Position numbers and translations under genes: made by a program
In this document: one piece after another, positions 48,883-58,440 of the stretch
Numbering within the stretch: the stretch's first letter is position 1
Layout: the number at the start of each line of letters is the position of its first letter
DNA from: an uncultured Chloroflexia bacterium
Lineage (GTDB): Bacteria; Chloroflexota; Limnocylindria; QHBO01
Length of the DNA: 64,000 nucleotides
Assembly (NCBI GenBank): GCA_963825525.1
Contig: CAWGTN010000003.1
Coordinates: forward strand, 32,001-96,000
Direction of reading: 5' to 3'
Notes under the pieces: generated by a model
Told to the model about the DNA's origin: nothing
Databases searched by the model: none
What the model saw: only the letters and a program-made list of their open reading frames with translations

Positions 48883-49977
48883 ATGCCGACTCCGGCGCCG
48901 CTCGATCCCATCCTCGACGGGGCGGCGTGCGGTTACCTGTCCGTCGACGAGACCGGACTCGTCAGGACGGCCAACACGACGCTCGCGCACCTCATCGGGC
49001 GATCGCGCGAGTCGATGGAGCGCCGGCACATCGACCAGCTGCTCTCCCCGGCGGGCCGAATCTTCTATACCACCCATCTCTTCCCGCTCCTCCAGCTGCA
49101 GGGTCGGGCGGAGGAGGTCTACCTCCCACTGCAGTCAGACGACGGCGAGGACATCCCGGTCCTCGTCAATGGCCTCACCCGCCACCTCGACGGGACGACC
49201 GTGCACGAGCTCATCATCGTGCCGATGCGCCAGCGGAACGAGCTCGAGAACGAGCTGATCACCGCCCGCAAGGTCGCGGAACAGGCAGCATCGGCGAAGG
49301 ATCGATTCCTCTCGATCGTGTCGCATGAGCTTCGGACCCCGCTCGGCGCCGCACGGGGGTATGCCGAGCTTCTCCTGCGCGAGCGGAACGGGGTCCTGAC
49401 CGATGGCCAGCGCCAGTACGTGCAGCGGATTCTCGACGCGACGATCTACCAGGCGTCATTGATCGAGGACATCCTCGACTTCGCAGGTCAGCACGGTCAG
49501 CGGCGAAGGCTCGACATCTCGACGGTTGACGTCGAGGAGGTCATCGGGCGCGCGGAGACATTACTCGCGGTGCGTGCGGACGAAGAGGGACGCCGGCTGA
49601 GACGGGAGCCGATGACCGCCTCGGGGCGGGTGTCGGGTGATCCGCGGGCAATCCAGCAGATTCTCCTGAATCTGGGCACGAACGCCATCAAGTTCAGCCC
49701 GCCGGACACAGAGGTGCTTCTTACGTCGCGCGTGGCCGATGGAACCGTGGTGATCGGGGTTCGCGACCACGGTCCGGGGATTGACGCCGATCAGCTCGAG
49801 CGGATCTTCGAACCGTTCGTCCGGGTCGACACCGAGGCCGCCCGTCGCACGAAGGGGCTCGGCCTGGGCCTCGCGATCAGCCGCGACCTCGCTCGCTCGA
49901 TGAACGGCGACATCCGGGTGGAGAGTGTGATCTCGCACGGATCACTGTTCAGCCTGGAGCTGCCGGCCGCGTCCTGA
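48883..49977 (+). CDS. RsbP-type PAS domain sensor histidine kinase
   Basis: ACGYL..RIFYTTHLFPLL PAS; SHELRTPL, NAIKF, DHGPG, GLGLGL. Confidence 0.9.
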   Translation: MPTPAPLDPILDGAACGYLSVDETGLVRTANTTLAHLIGRSRESMERRHIDQLLSPAGRIFYTTHLFPLLQLQGRAEEVYLPLQSDDGEDIPVLVNGLTRHLDGTTVHELIIVPMRQRNELENELITARKVAEQAASAKDRFLSIVSHELRTPLGAARGYAELLLRERNGVLTDGQRQYVQRILDATIYQASLIEDILDFAGQHGQRRRLDISTVDVEEVIGRAETLLAVRADEEGRRLRREPMTASGRVSGDPRAIQQILLNLGTNAIKFSPPDTEVLLTSRVADGTVVIGVRDHGPGIDADQLERIFEPFVRVDTEAARRTKGLGLGLAISRDLARSMNGDIRVESVISHGSLFSLELPAAS

Positions 49978-50013
49978 GCACGGCCCGAAGCTCGGGACCG
50001 GTATCCTTTCTCC

Positions 50014-50775
50014 ATGGACCTTGGACTCGATGGGCGCGTCGTCCTCATCACCGGAGCGGGTGGTGGCGTGGGCCCGACCCTCGCCGCCGCCTTCGCCGCG
50101 GAGGGCGCAGCCGTCGCGCTCCACGTCCGCGACGCGTCCAGGCGCGGCCGCGCACACGATACGGCGGACGAGATCCGGGCCGGCGGCGGACGCGCGGCGG
50201 TGGTCGGGGCGGACCTGCGGGCAACTGCAGCCGTGGAGGCCATGGTCGCGGACGCCACGGCTGAGCTCGGGCCGATCGGCGTGCTCGTGAACGCCACCTC
50301 CGCCTTCCGGGCCGAGGGCGTCACCGAGATCGACGACGACAGCTGGGCCTCGATGATCGGCGACATGCTGGGGGCCACCTTCCGCGTCACCCGCGCCGTC
50401 GCTCCCGGCATGCGCGACGGCGGATGGGGCCGGGTCGTGAGCTTCGCATCACGCTCGGCCATCGTCGGGGCGGGGAAGGCGGCGCACTACGCCGCCGCCA
50501 AAGCCGGCGTCATCGGGCTGACGGCCTCACTGGCCAAGGAGCTGGGGCCGGATGGCATCCTCGTCAACGCCATCGCTCCTTCGCAGATCGTGACGGAGCG
50601 TGACGGGGAGCCGTCGATTCCGGAGGAGCGCGCCGCGAAGATGGCGAAGGCAATCCCGCTGCGACGTCTCGCCACGCCGGATGACGTCGCCCCCCTGGTC
50701 GTCTGGCTCGGATCGGCGGCGAACAGCTACGTGAGCGGCGAGACGATCTCCTTCACTGGCGGCGCCCGCACCTGA
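50014..50775 (+). CDS. SDR-family oxidoreductase
   Basis: TGAGGGVG, YAAAK, VNAIAP. Confidence 0.92.
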   Translation: MDLGLDGRVVLITGAGGGVGPTLAAAFAAEGAAVALHVRDASRRGRAHDTADEIRAGGGRAAVVGADLRATAAVEAMVADATAELGPIGVLVNATSAFRAEGVTEIDDDSWASMIGDMLGATFRVTRAVAPGMRDGGWGRVVSFASRSAIVGAGKAAHYAAAKAGVIGLTASLAKELGPDGILVNAIAPSQIVTERDGEPSIPEERAAKMAKAIPLRRLATPDDVAPLVVWLGSAANSYVSGETISFTGGART

Positions 50776-50787
50776 GGCGCGGATTGC

Positions 50788-51222
50788 CTAGCGCCAGGCT
50801 GCCACCAGCACGGAGACGATGAGCACGCCCAGGACGTGATAGCTGCCATTGATGGCGAACCACGTCCATGGCTCCGGCTTGTTCGGGTCGAAGGTCGCAT
50901 CGACCATGGTGTGCATGAGCAGGAGGCCGACGCCGGCCACGAGGCCCAGCACCACCCCTTCGCCGATGGTGTCGGTCCCCGTCGCGGCGGCGAGAAGGCC
51001 GATCGCGACCGCGATCACCAGGTAGGCGGCCAGCGGCACGATGTAGGTCATGGGGTTCATCTCGGGCGACGTCCGCTCCGAGTCCCACCCGATGGATCGC
51101 TGCCACTGGCGTCCCAGCAGCATGGGCGAGTACCACAGCGCGCCGAGGACGAAATAGATGACACCGCCAACGATCACGGCAAGCCAGTTCAGCTGGCCAA
51201 GGGCATCGAAACTCACGACCAT
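50788..51222 (-). CDS. DUF1761-family membrane protein
   Basis: NWLAVIVG..LGALWYSP..INGSYH. Confidence 0.85.
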   Translation of the reverse strand: MVVSFDALGQLNWLAVIVGGVIYFVLGALWYSPMLLGRQWQRSIGWDSERTSPEMNPMTYIVPLAAYLVIAVAIGLLAAATGTDTIGEGVVLGLVAGVGLLLMHTMVDATFDPNKPEPWTWFAINGSYHVLGVLIVSVLVAAWR

Positions 51223-51263
51223 CCTCCGTACCGCGTGACCTGGACGGTCACGTTCCGATCAGC

Positions 51264-51842
51264 CTACGCCTGCCGGTCCGTGCCGGCGACACCCGCGTCC
51301 CACTCGTCACGCAACATGGCGTAGATCAGCTCGCTGGTCCACTCGTCCTTCACCAGCTCGTTCTCGTACAGCAACGCCTCACGGCGCATCCCGAGGCGCT
51401 CGAGCAGCCGCGCCGAGGCCCGGTTCCGTGCGTCCAGCCGCGCCGCGATGCGGTGCATGCCCAGCTCGTCGAAGCCCAGGCGCAGCATGACCCGGGTCCC
51501 CTCGGTGGCGTATCCGTGGCCCTGGTGGTCGGGGTGGAGGATGTAGCCGATCTCGCCCTGCTCGTGCTCGCGGCTCGTGATCTGGAGGTTGACGTAGCCG
51601 ATGAGGTCGCCGGACGGGAGTGTCAGCGCCAGCACGAGGCCGTCGTGCTCGTCATCGATACCCGTTCGCTCGGCGATCTGCGCCAGCGCCCTGCGAGCCT
51701 CGTCCTCGTTCCGGGGCGAGGTGTAGAGGAATTCGTTGACGTCGATGCGCCCGACGATGGCGTGGAACGCGTCGAAGTCGTCCGGGGTCAGGGGTCGGAG
51801 CACGAGCCGATCGGTGGTGATGGGCTGGACAGGACGCTGCAT
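51264..51842 (-). CDS. GNAT (RimJ/RimL) N-acetyltransferase
   Basis: TDRLVLRP, EIGY, QGHGYATE, RNRASARLLERLGM. Confidence 0.9.
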   Translation of the reverse strand: MQRPVQPITTDRLVLRPLTPDDFDAFHAIVGRIDVNEFLYTSPRNEDEARRALAQIAERTGIDDEHDGLVLALTLPSGDLIGYVNLQITSREHEQGEIGYILHPDHQGHGYATEGTRVMLRLGFDELGMHRIAARLDARNRASARLLERLGMRREALLYENELVKDEWTSELIYAMLRDEWDAGVAGTDRQA

Positions 51843-51896
51843 CGTAGCGATGGTACGGGCCAGCGCGGCCACGGCGTCGCCCGTAGACTCGCGCCC

Positions 51897-52463
51897 ATGA
51901 CGGATCCGCCCGACATTCCCTGCCGAATCCTCCTGATCGGGATGATGGGCAGCGGCAAGTCGACCATTGGCCGCCTGCTCTCCGATACCACGGGCTGGAC
52001 GTACCTGGACAACGATGCCCTGGTGGCGCGCGTGCGCGGCGCTTCGGCGCGCCAGGTGCTGGCCGCCGACGGCGAGGACGACCTCCGCGCGGCCGAGGCG
52101 GAGGCCCTGGCAATCGGCCTCGAGGAGCCGACACCGAGCATCATCGGCGCGGCGGCCGGGACGGTGCTGGATCCCGCGCAGCGCCAGGCGATGCGTGATC
52201 GGGCGTTCGTGGTCTGGTTGGACGCCGATCCCGCCACGCTGGCGGCACGAGCCGTGGGTGCGTCGCATCGGCCATGGCTGGAGCATGATCCGGAGGCATG
52301 GATGCGGGAGACCCGCGCCGCACGTGAGCCGCTGTACCAGGAGATCGCGGCGGCGCGGATCGACACGACGACCGGGGGGCCGGCCGAGGCCGTGGAGGCC
52401 ATACTTGAGCGGCTGCGCGCGGTCGCCGATTGCGGGGCAGGCATGGAGGAGACGGCCAGATGA
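51897..52463 (+). CDS. Shikimate kinase-like protein
   Basis: LIGMMGSGKSTIGR, VVWLDA, HRPWL, REPLY. Confidence 0.85.
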   Translation: MTDPPDIPCRILLIGMMGSGKSTIGRLLSDTTGWTYLDNDALVARVRGASARQVLAADGEDDLRAAEAEALAIGLEEPTPSIIGAAAGTVLDPAQRQAMRDRAFVVWLDADPATLAARAVGASHRPWLEHDPEAWMRETRAAREPLYQEIAAARIDTTTGGPAEAVEAILERLRAVADCGAGMEETAR

Positions 52464-52831
52464 GAATTGCACGCACCTCGCAGACCGCGCTGGAACCGAT
52501 GGCCACCGATACGTTCAGCGGGACGGTACGGCGCCGTGACCTTGGCCGGGTCGAGACGCCGGAGGGAGCCGCGCTCCTTGTCACGTTCGAGGCCGGGGCG
52601 CGAACCGATTGGCACCGGCATGCCGGCGGGCAGATCATCCATGTGCTCGAGGGAGTCGGCCGAGTTGCGACCCGTGACTCGGCAGCCGTCGAGATCCGAC
52701 CGGGCGACATGGTTGAGGCACCGCCCGATGAGGAGCACTGGCACGGCGCGTCACCCGACGCCAGCATGACCCACCTCGCGCTGAGCTTCGGCGAGACCGT
52801 CTGGCTCGAGCCGGTCGCCGACGACAACTGA
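52460..52831 (+). CDS. Cupin domain protein
   Basis: FEAGARTDWHRH..GQ, EEHWHGA. Confidence 0.88.
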   Translation: MRIARTSQTALEPMATDTFSGTVRRRDLGRVETPEGAALLVTFEAGARTDWHRHAGGQIIHVLEGVGRVATRDSAAVEIRPGDMVEAPPDEEHWHGASPDASMTHLALSFGETVWLEPVADDN

Positions 52832-52837
52832 GCTCAC

Positions 52838-53815
52838 ATGCGTCTTCGCGTGCCGGGGGCGGCTGAGCCGAGCTACCCCGCACCTGATGCGGTCCTCCGC
52901 GCGGCCGGATCCGGGTGGCTCGAGCGCATCGATCCTGCCCGGCTCCAGGCAGTGGTCTCGGCCCTCCCGGGTCCCCGGAATCGGATGGACGCACGCGTGG
53001 CCATGGAGGCGACCGACGCGCTGCTGGCGGACTCGTGGCGCGCGTCCGGCTGGCGAGTCGGCCGCCAGCGCGTCGCCGGTGGTGGGAGGAACATCGTCGC
53101 CGTCCGCGACGGTGCGACGCGCGAGGCCGTGGTGGTGGTTGCCCACCATGACACGGTGTCCGGCTCGCCGGGAGCCGATGACAACGGCGCCGGCCTTGCC
53201 GCACTGATCGAGCTGGGCTCGCTCGTGGAGGGCTCGCATCGGCGCACGGTGATCCTCGCCGCGCCGGACTTCGAGGAGGTTGGCCTCATCGGGTCACGCG
53301 CGCTGGTGCGCTGGCTGCGCTCGGCGTACGACGTGCGCGGCGCGATCGTCTTCGATCCGATCGGCTTCATGGATGCTCGCCCGGGCACGCAGTCGGTCCC
53401 GCCGGGCATCGATCGGCTCTATCCCGACCAGGTCGCTCGCCTGGATGCGCGGGGGAGGGCCGGTGACACGGTCGTCGGCCTCTACCGGCACTCATCGCTG
53501 GAGCTGGTTCGAACCTGGGCCAGCTGCCTGGCAACCGTGCTCGATCCGGACCGCATCCTCCTCCTGCGAGATCCGGTTGACCTTCCGGTCCTCGGTCGCG
53601 CGCTGCTTGCCGTGCCGGCGGCGCGTCACTTCTCCCGCAGCGACCACGTCCGGTTCTGGCGCGCCGGCCTGCCCGCGATCCAGGTGACGAACACGGCGAA
53701 CTTCCGCAACCCGAACTACCACCGGCCGAGCGACACGCCCGACACGCTCGACTATCAAACGCTGGCAGTCATCACGGCCGCCACCGCCCTGGCCGTCGAG
53801 CGCCTGGCAGGCTGA
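52838..53815 (+). CDS. M28-family peptidase
   Basis: AHHD, PGADDNGAG, EE, RSDH, YHRPSD. Confidence 0.88.
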   Translation: MRLRVPGAAEPSYPAPDAVLRAAGSGWLERIDPARLQAVVSALPGPRNRMDARVAMEATDALLADSWRASGWRVGRQRVAGGGRNIVAVRDGATREAVVVVAHHDTVSGSPGADDNGAGLAALIELGSLVEGSHRRTVILAAPDFEEVGLIGSRALVRWLRSAYDVRGAIVFDPIGFMDARPGTQSVPPGIDRLYPDQVARLDARGRAGDTVVGLYRHSSLELVRTWASCLATVLDPDRILLLRDPVDLPVLGRALLAVPAARHFSRSDHVRFWRAGLPAIQVTNTANFRNPNYHRPSDTPDTLDYQTLAVITAATALAVERLAG

Positions 53816-53850
53816 GTGGCCGCGCCGCGGCGTTGGCTACACTGCGGCCA

Positions 53851-54648
53851 ATGCTGCGCACGGTCGACATCACCCGCTATATCACGCCCCTCCGAGAGGG
53901 CAGTTCGCTGCCCGCTCTCGTCGAGGCGGATGACGGCCGCGAGTACGTCATCAAGTTCCGTGGTGCCGGGCACGGCGAGAAGGCCCTCATCGCCGAGCTG
54001 GTGGTGGGGGAGATCGGGCGGTCGCTCGGCCTTCCCGTTCCGGAGATCGTGCTCGCAACGCTGCCCGACGAGATTGCGCGCGCCGAGTCGCATGACGAGA
54101 TTCGGGATCTGCTCGGTTGGTCGGTGGGCCTCAACATCGGCCTCGCGTTCGTGCCGGGAGCGCTGGCCACCGACATGACGAAAGTGCCTCGCGAGGGACC
54201 GGGCTGGTCGGCCGATGTCGTGTGGTTCGACAGCCTGACCACGAACCCCGACCGTACGCCGCGCAACGCGAACCTCGTGATCGGCAGCGGCGGACAGACC
54301 TGGCTCATCGACCACGGGTCGGCGCTGTACGTCCACCACGCGTGGGCCGATCCCGAGGCTCACGCCGTTCGAGCCTTCGAGCGCATCGGCGAGCACATCC
54401 TGCTGCCGTTTGCCGGCTCCCTGCTCGAGGCCGACGACCGCATGGCGCCGCGGCTCGAGGCCGCGACACTGGACGGGATCGTTGACCAGGTTCCCGATGC
54501 CTGGCTCCGGGACACGCGATTCGGCGCACCCGATGAGGAGCGCCTCGCGTATCGGCGGTACCTCGCGGCACGGCTCGGAGCGCACGCCACCTGGGCCGCC
54601 ACCGCGGAGCGGCTCCGGACCGAGGTGCAGCGTGACGCCGTCGCGTAG
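53851..54648 (+). CDS. HipA-like kinase
   Basis: PLREGSSLP, VIKFRGAG, NPDRTPRNANL, LIDHG. Confidence 0.85.
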   Translation: MLRTVDITRYITPLREGSSLPALVEADDGREYVIKFRGAGHGEKALIAELVVGEIGRSLGLPVPEIVLATLPDEIARAESHDEIRDLLGWSVGLNIGLAFVPGALATDMTKVPREGPGWSADVVWFDSLTTNPDRTPRNANLVIGSGGQTWLIDHGSALYVHHAWADPEAHAVRAFERIGEHILLPFAGSLLEADDRMAPRLEAATLDGIVDQVPDAWLRDTRFGAPDEERLAYRRYLAARLGAHATWAATAERLRTEVQRDAVA

Positions 54649-55024
54649 TTCGTTCTCGTATGCCGTCGTGCGCGTCGTGCCCGACATCGAGCGCGAGGAG
54701 TTCCTGAACGCGGGCCTCATCCTGTTCTGCCGCGAGAAGAAGTATCTGCGCGCCGGTATGTCACTCGACGTCGACCGCCTTCGGGCGCTTCGCGCCGACA
54801 TCGACGCGGACGCCGTGCGTGGCCAGCTGGATCTCGTGGAGCGGATCGCGTCGGGCGCCGTCGAGCGGGGGCCGCTGGCGGGGATGTCGCAGTCCGAGCG
54901 ATTCCACTGGCTGACGACCCCGCGCAGCACGGTCGTTCAACCCGGCCCCATCCACGGCGGGATGTCGGAGGACCCGGACGCGACCTTCGATCGCCTCTTC
55001 GGCACCCTGGTGCGGGATCCATGA
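54632..55024 (+). CDS. DUF3037-family protein
   Basis: YAVVRVVPDIEREEFLNAG, ERFHWLTTPRSTVVQ..HGG. Confidence 0.88.
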   Translation: MTPSRSSFSYAVVRVVPDIEREEFLNAGLILFCREKKYLRAGMSLDVDRLRALRADIDADAVRGQLDLVERIASGAVERGPLAGMSQSERFHWLTTPRSTVVQPGPIHGGMSEDPDATFDRLFGTLVRDP

Positions 55025-55845
55025 CGCGATCGCAATGGCTGTGGCTGGCGGCGGCTGCCGGGATTGCGATCCTGGCGCTGTCCGTGGTGAACGGGTGGAT
55101 TCTCCACGACCGCGAGGTGCGCGGCGAGGGATACCGCCAGGTGCAGGTCTACCTCAGCGCCTGGCGCGGCGTCGCGATGCCGGTGACTGCCGCGGCGGCG
55201 GTCGTTGCCGGCGCCGTCGGGCTCGGCGCCGCGTGGATGGCCGTCACCCGTTCGCGCCGCGGGTTCGCGCTCCTGGCCATCGGCGCCGCGATCTCGTTCG
55301 GGCTCATCGTCGCGACCGCATGGCCGGTCGGCCAGACCGGACACGCCTCGAGCGTGACGCTCACCCCGTCATTCATCGCGCCGGTGGCGCTCGCCCTGGG
55401 CGCCGTCATGGTCGTCGGACTCGTGCGTGGGCTGCGGCCCTCGCGGCGAGTGCTCGCGGCCTCGGTGGCGGTGGCCCTGGTCGCCACCGTGGGAGGAATC
55501 GGCGGCCGTTGGCTTGGGTTGCAGTGGGCGGAGGGAACCGGCCGTCACTGGGAGGTCGGTTCGTACGCGCGACCCGCCGCCGGTGGCCAGCCTGCCGAAA
55601 CCCTCCGACTGACCGGCGATCACTACGAGGTTGTCGGGCGCTGGTCGGGTGACTTCGAGAGTTCGGGATGGACCGTCAGCCTGGACAACGACCCGGCCTG
55701 CCCCGAGGCTCGCGGGACCTACCACGTTCATGGAGAAGGCGACGAGAGCATCGAGGACCTCCGCTTCGTCATGGTGGTCGACCCGTGTCGGGACGGAGAG
55801 CGAGCGGCCGATCTCGAAGCCGGCATATGGGAGCGGCTCCCGTGA
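55021..55845 (+). CDS. Hypothetical membrane protein
   Basis: About five TM helices and a soluble C-terminal domain with two Cys; ATGA overlap with the DUF3037 gene. Confidence 0.7.
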   Translation: MTRSQWLWLAAAAGIAILALSVVNGWILHDREVRGEGYRQVQVYLSAWRGVAMPVTAAAAVVAGAVGLGAAWMAVTRSRRGFALLAIGAAISFGLIVATAWPVGQTGHASSVTLTPSFIAPVALALGAVMVVGLVRGLRPSRRVLAASVAVALVATVGGIGGRWLGLQWAEGTGRHWEVGSYARPAAGGQPAETLRLTGDHYEVVGRWSGDFESSGWTVSLDNDPACPEARGTYHVHGEGDESIEDLRFVMVVDPCRDGERAADLEAGIWERLP

Positions 55846-55884
55846 GATCAAGATGAGGTACAGGACGGCGGCGAGCGCCGACGA

Positions 55885-56286
55885 CTAGGCGGCGGGCCGC
55901 TCACCCTCATCGGGCGCGCGACGGAGCGACAGCAGCAGTCGCACGGCGACGACGAGGATCAGCACGGCAAACAGCCGGCGCAGCAGACCCTCATCCAGCG
56001 ACAGCGCCGTCACGCTGCCCGCCAGCGCCCCGATGACCCCTCCGGCCGCGAGGAGTGCCGCGTCCCGGACCGTGAAGCGCCCGTGGCGGTAGTGGGTGAC
56101 CGATCCCAGGATCGCCGACGGGATGATGACAAGCAGCGAGGTTCCCTGGGCCACGTGCTGATCGAATCCGGCGAGCAGCACCATGGCCGGCACGATCACG
56201 ACGCCGCCGCCGATGCCCAGCAGGCCCGCCAGCAGCCCGGCGCTCAGACCGATTGCCAACAGCAGCCCGATCTCCATGACCGTCAC
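55885..56286 (-). CDS. Half-size TauE/SafE (TSUP) transporter
   Basis: GLLGIGGGVVIVP, AQGTSL. Confidence 0.85.
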   Translation of the reverse strand: MTVMEIGLLLAIGLSAGLLAGLLGIGGGVVIVPAMVLLAGFDQHVAQGTSLLVIIPSAILGSVTHYRHGRFTVRDAALLAAGGVIGALAGSVTALSLDEGLLRRLFAVLILVVAVRLLLSLRRAPDEGERPAA

Positions 56287-56645
56287 GAGACGAGCATCGC
56301 GACAGCCACGACCACCATCAGCAGGGCGAATCCCGCGCGCAGGCGATCGTCGCCCACTCGAGGCATGGCCCATGCGCCGATTTGGACGCCGACGATCGAC
56401 CCCAGGGCAACCAGCAGCCCGGCCCCAAGGTCGATGCTGTCACCGCGTCCGAAGACAATGGCACCCACGATGGCGATCGGCACGATCGCCGCAAGCGAGG
56501 TGGCCGAGCCGCGTCCCTGGGTCATGCCCGCGAGGAGCACGAGGGCGGGCACGAGGATGATCCCGCCGCCCACGCCGAAGAGCCCGCTGAGGACTCCGGC
56601 AGTCAGTCCGATCGCGGCAAGAAGCAGGGGACGCGGACGATCCAT
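56283..56645 (-). CDS. Half-size TauE/SafE (TSUP) transporter
   Basis: GLFGVGGGIILVP, ATSL. Confidence 0.85.
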   Translation of the reverse strand: MDRPRPLLLAAIGLTAGVLSGLFGVGGGIILVPALVLLAGMTQGRGSATSLAAIVPIAIVGAIVFGRGDSIDLGAGLLVALGSIVGVQIGAWAMPRVGDDRLRAGFALLMVVVAVAMLVS

Positions 56646-56651
56646 TCCCGA

Positions 56652-57419
56652 TTACTGGGTCGTGCGTCGCGTGTAGAGCCACAGCCCGAGCGGGAATGCG
56701 ACGACCAGCGTCCCCAGCGACCACAGGATGGCCGGGATCGCGGCCGGCCCCGGCTCGCCGCTCAGGGTGAGACTGCGGACGGCGTCAATGACCAGGGTCA
56801 TCGGCTGCCGATCCGCGAACCAGCCGAGCCAGTCCGGCATCGTTTCGGTGGGGACAAAGGCGCTGCTCACGAACGTCAGGGGGAAGACCACCGCGAAGAT
56901 GATTCCCTGGAGTGCCTCGGGCGTTCGTACCAGCGACCCGGCGGCCACCCCGATCCAGGACAGCGCGAAGCCGAAGAGCAGCATCAGTCCGACGGCAGCG
57001 GCGCTCGCCACGATTCCGCCATCGGGCCGGAAACCGACGAGCAGGCCGACGACCCACATGATCGCGATCGCCAGCAGCGCTCGCAGGAGGTCGGTCAGGG
57101 TGCGGCCGGTGAGCACGGAGGACTGGTTCATCGGCAGCGAGCGGAAGCGGTCGATCATGCCCTTCTGCAGGTCGTTCGCCAGCAGCACCGACGTGTAGAT
57201 CCCGGCGAAGGCGATCGTCTGCACGAAGATGCCGGCCATGAGGAAGCTGGCGTAGTCACCCGGAACGTCGATCGCACCTCCGAAGACGAGGCTGAAGAGC
57301 ACCACGAACATGATCGGGCTGAGCGTCACATCCAGCAGGAGCTCGGGCGTGCGCTTGATGTGGATGAGGTTGCGCTTCACCATCTGCCACGAGTCGCGGA
57401 ACCACCATGCGGCGCTCAT
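56652..57419 (-). CDS. ABC-2 permease (DrrB-like)
   Basis: GMIDRFRSLP, PLTFVSSAFVP..MPDWL. Confidence 0.92.
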   Translation of the reverse strand: MSAAWWFRDSWQMVKRNLIHIKRTPELLLDVTLSPIMFVVLFSLVFGGAIDVPGDYASFLMAGIFVQTIAFAGIYTSVLLANDLQKGMIDRFRSLPMNQSSVLTGRTLTDLLRALLAIAIMWVVGLLVGFRPDGGIVASAAAVGLMLLFGFALSWIGVAAGSLVRTPEALQGIIFAVVFPLTFVSSAFVPTETMPDWLGWFADRQPMTLVIDAVRSLTLSGEPGPAAIPAILWSLGTLVVAFPLGLWLYTRRTTQ

Positions 57420-58381
57420 GCCGGCACCTCTGCGGCGTCCTCTGCCGGGCTGCCGGTCAGCGACAGGAAGACCTCATCGAGCGTTGGCCGCCGGAAGCCG
57501 ATGTCCTCGACCTCCACCTTCGCGCGATCCAGCTCGCGAATGGCGTGCGTCAGCAGCGCGCCGTGCGACGCGACCGCAACGCTCACCTGCCGTGATCCCG
57601 CGTCGGCTCGTGCCTCGCCCTCTCCGATCTGCTCGAGCACGCGCCGCGCCGCGTCCATCGCCGACCCCTCGCCGATAGTCACCTCGAGCCGCTCACCGCC
57701 GACCTGTGTCTTCAGCTCGTCCGCCGTGCCGCGCGCGATGACCCGTCCGTGGTCGATGACCGCGATGTCATCGGCCAGCCGATCGGCCTCCTCCAGGTAC
57801 TGAGTGGTCATGAGCACCGTCGTCCCGCCTCGGGCCAGCTCGGCGATGAGGTCCCACATCGAGAGCCGGCCCTTCGGATCGAGGCCAGTGGTCGGCTCAT
57901 CGAGGAAGATGACCGGTGGCTCGGCAATCAGAGCAGCCCCGAGGTCGAGCCGGCGGCGCATCCCGCCCGAGTAGGTCTTGACCGGCCGGTTTGCGGCATC
58001 GCTCAGCTCGAAGTGCTCGATGAGGTCACCGGCGCGCTGTCGAACCACGCCCGGCGCGACCCGATACAGGCGTCCGACCATCTCGAGATTCTCGTAGCCG
58101 GTCAGGAGCTCGTCGAGTGCCGCGTACTGCCCCGCCACGCCGATCTTGGCGCGGACCTCCGCCGGATGCCGGAGGACATCGATGCCGGCGACCGTTGCCT
58201 GGCCCGCATCGGGTCGGGTGAGCGTGGTGAGCACGCGGACCGCGGTGGTCTTGCCGGCCCCGTTCGGTCCCAGCACACCGAGGATGGTCCCCTCGGCCAC
58301 GTCCAGGTCCAGGCCCGCCAGCGCGTGCGTGTCGCCGAAGGACTTGTGCAGGCCGGTGGCCTCGATCATCGATCTGCTCAT
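57416..58381 (-). CDS. ABC ATP-binding protein (DrrA-like)
   Basis: GPNGAGKT, YSGGMRRR, LDEPTTGLDP, TTQYLEEAD. Confidence 0.94.
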   Translation of the reverse strand: MSRSMIEATGLHKSFGDTHALAGLDLDVAEGTILGVLGPNGAGKTTAVRVLTTLTRPDAGQATVAGIDVLRHPAEVRAKIGVAGQYAALDELLTGYENLEMVGRLYRVAPGVVRQRAGDLIEHFELSDAANRPVKTYSGGMRRRLDLGAALIAEPPVIFLDEPTTGLDPKGRLSMWDLIAELARGGTTVLMTTQYLEEADRLADDIAVIDHGRVIARGTADELKTQVGGERLEVTIGEGSAMDAARRVLEQIGEGEARADAGSRQVSVAVASHGALLTHAIRELDRAKVEVEDIGFRRPTLDEVFLSLTGSPAEDAAEVPA

Positions 58382-58440
58382 GTGACCGCAAGCGTACTCG
58401 ACTTTCCTTTTCGGGTCGGGTAGCGCATTCTCCGCGGCAC

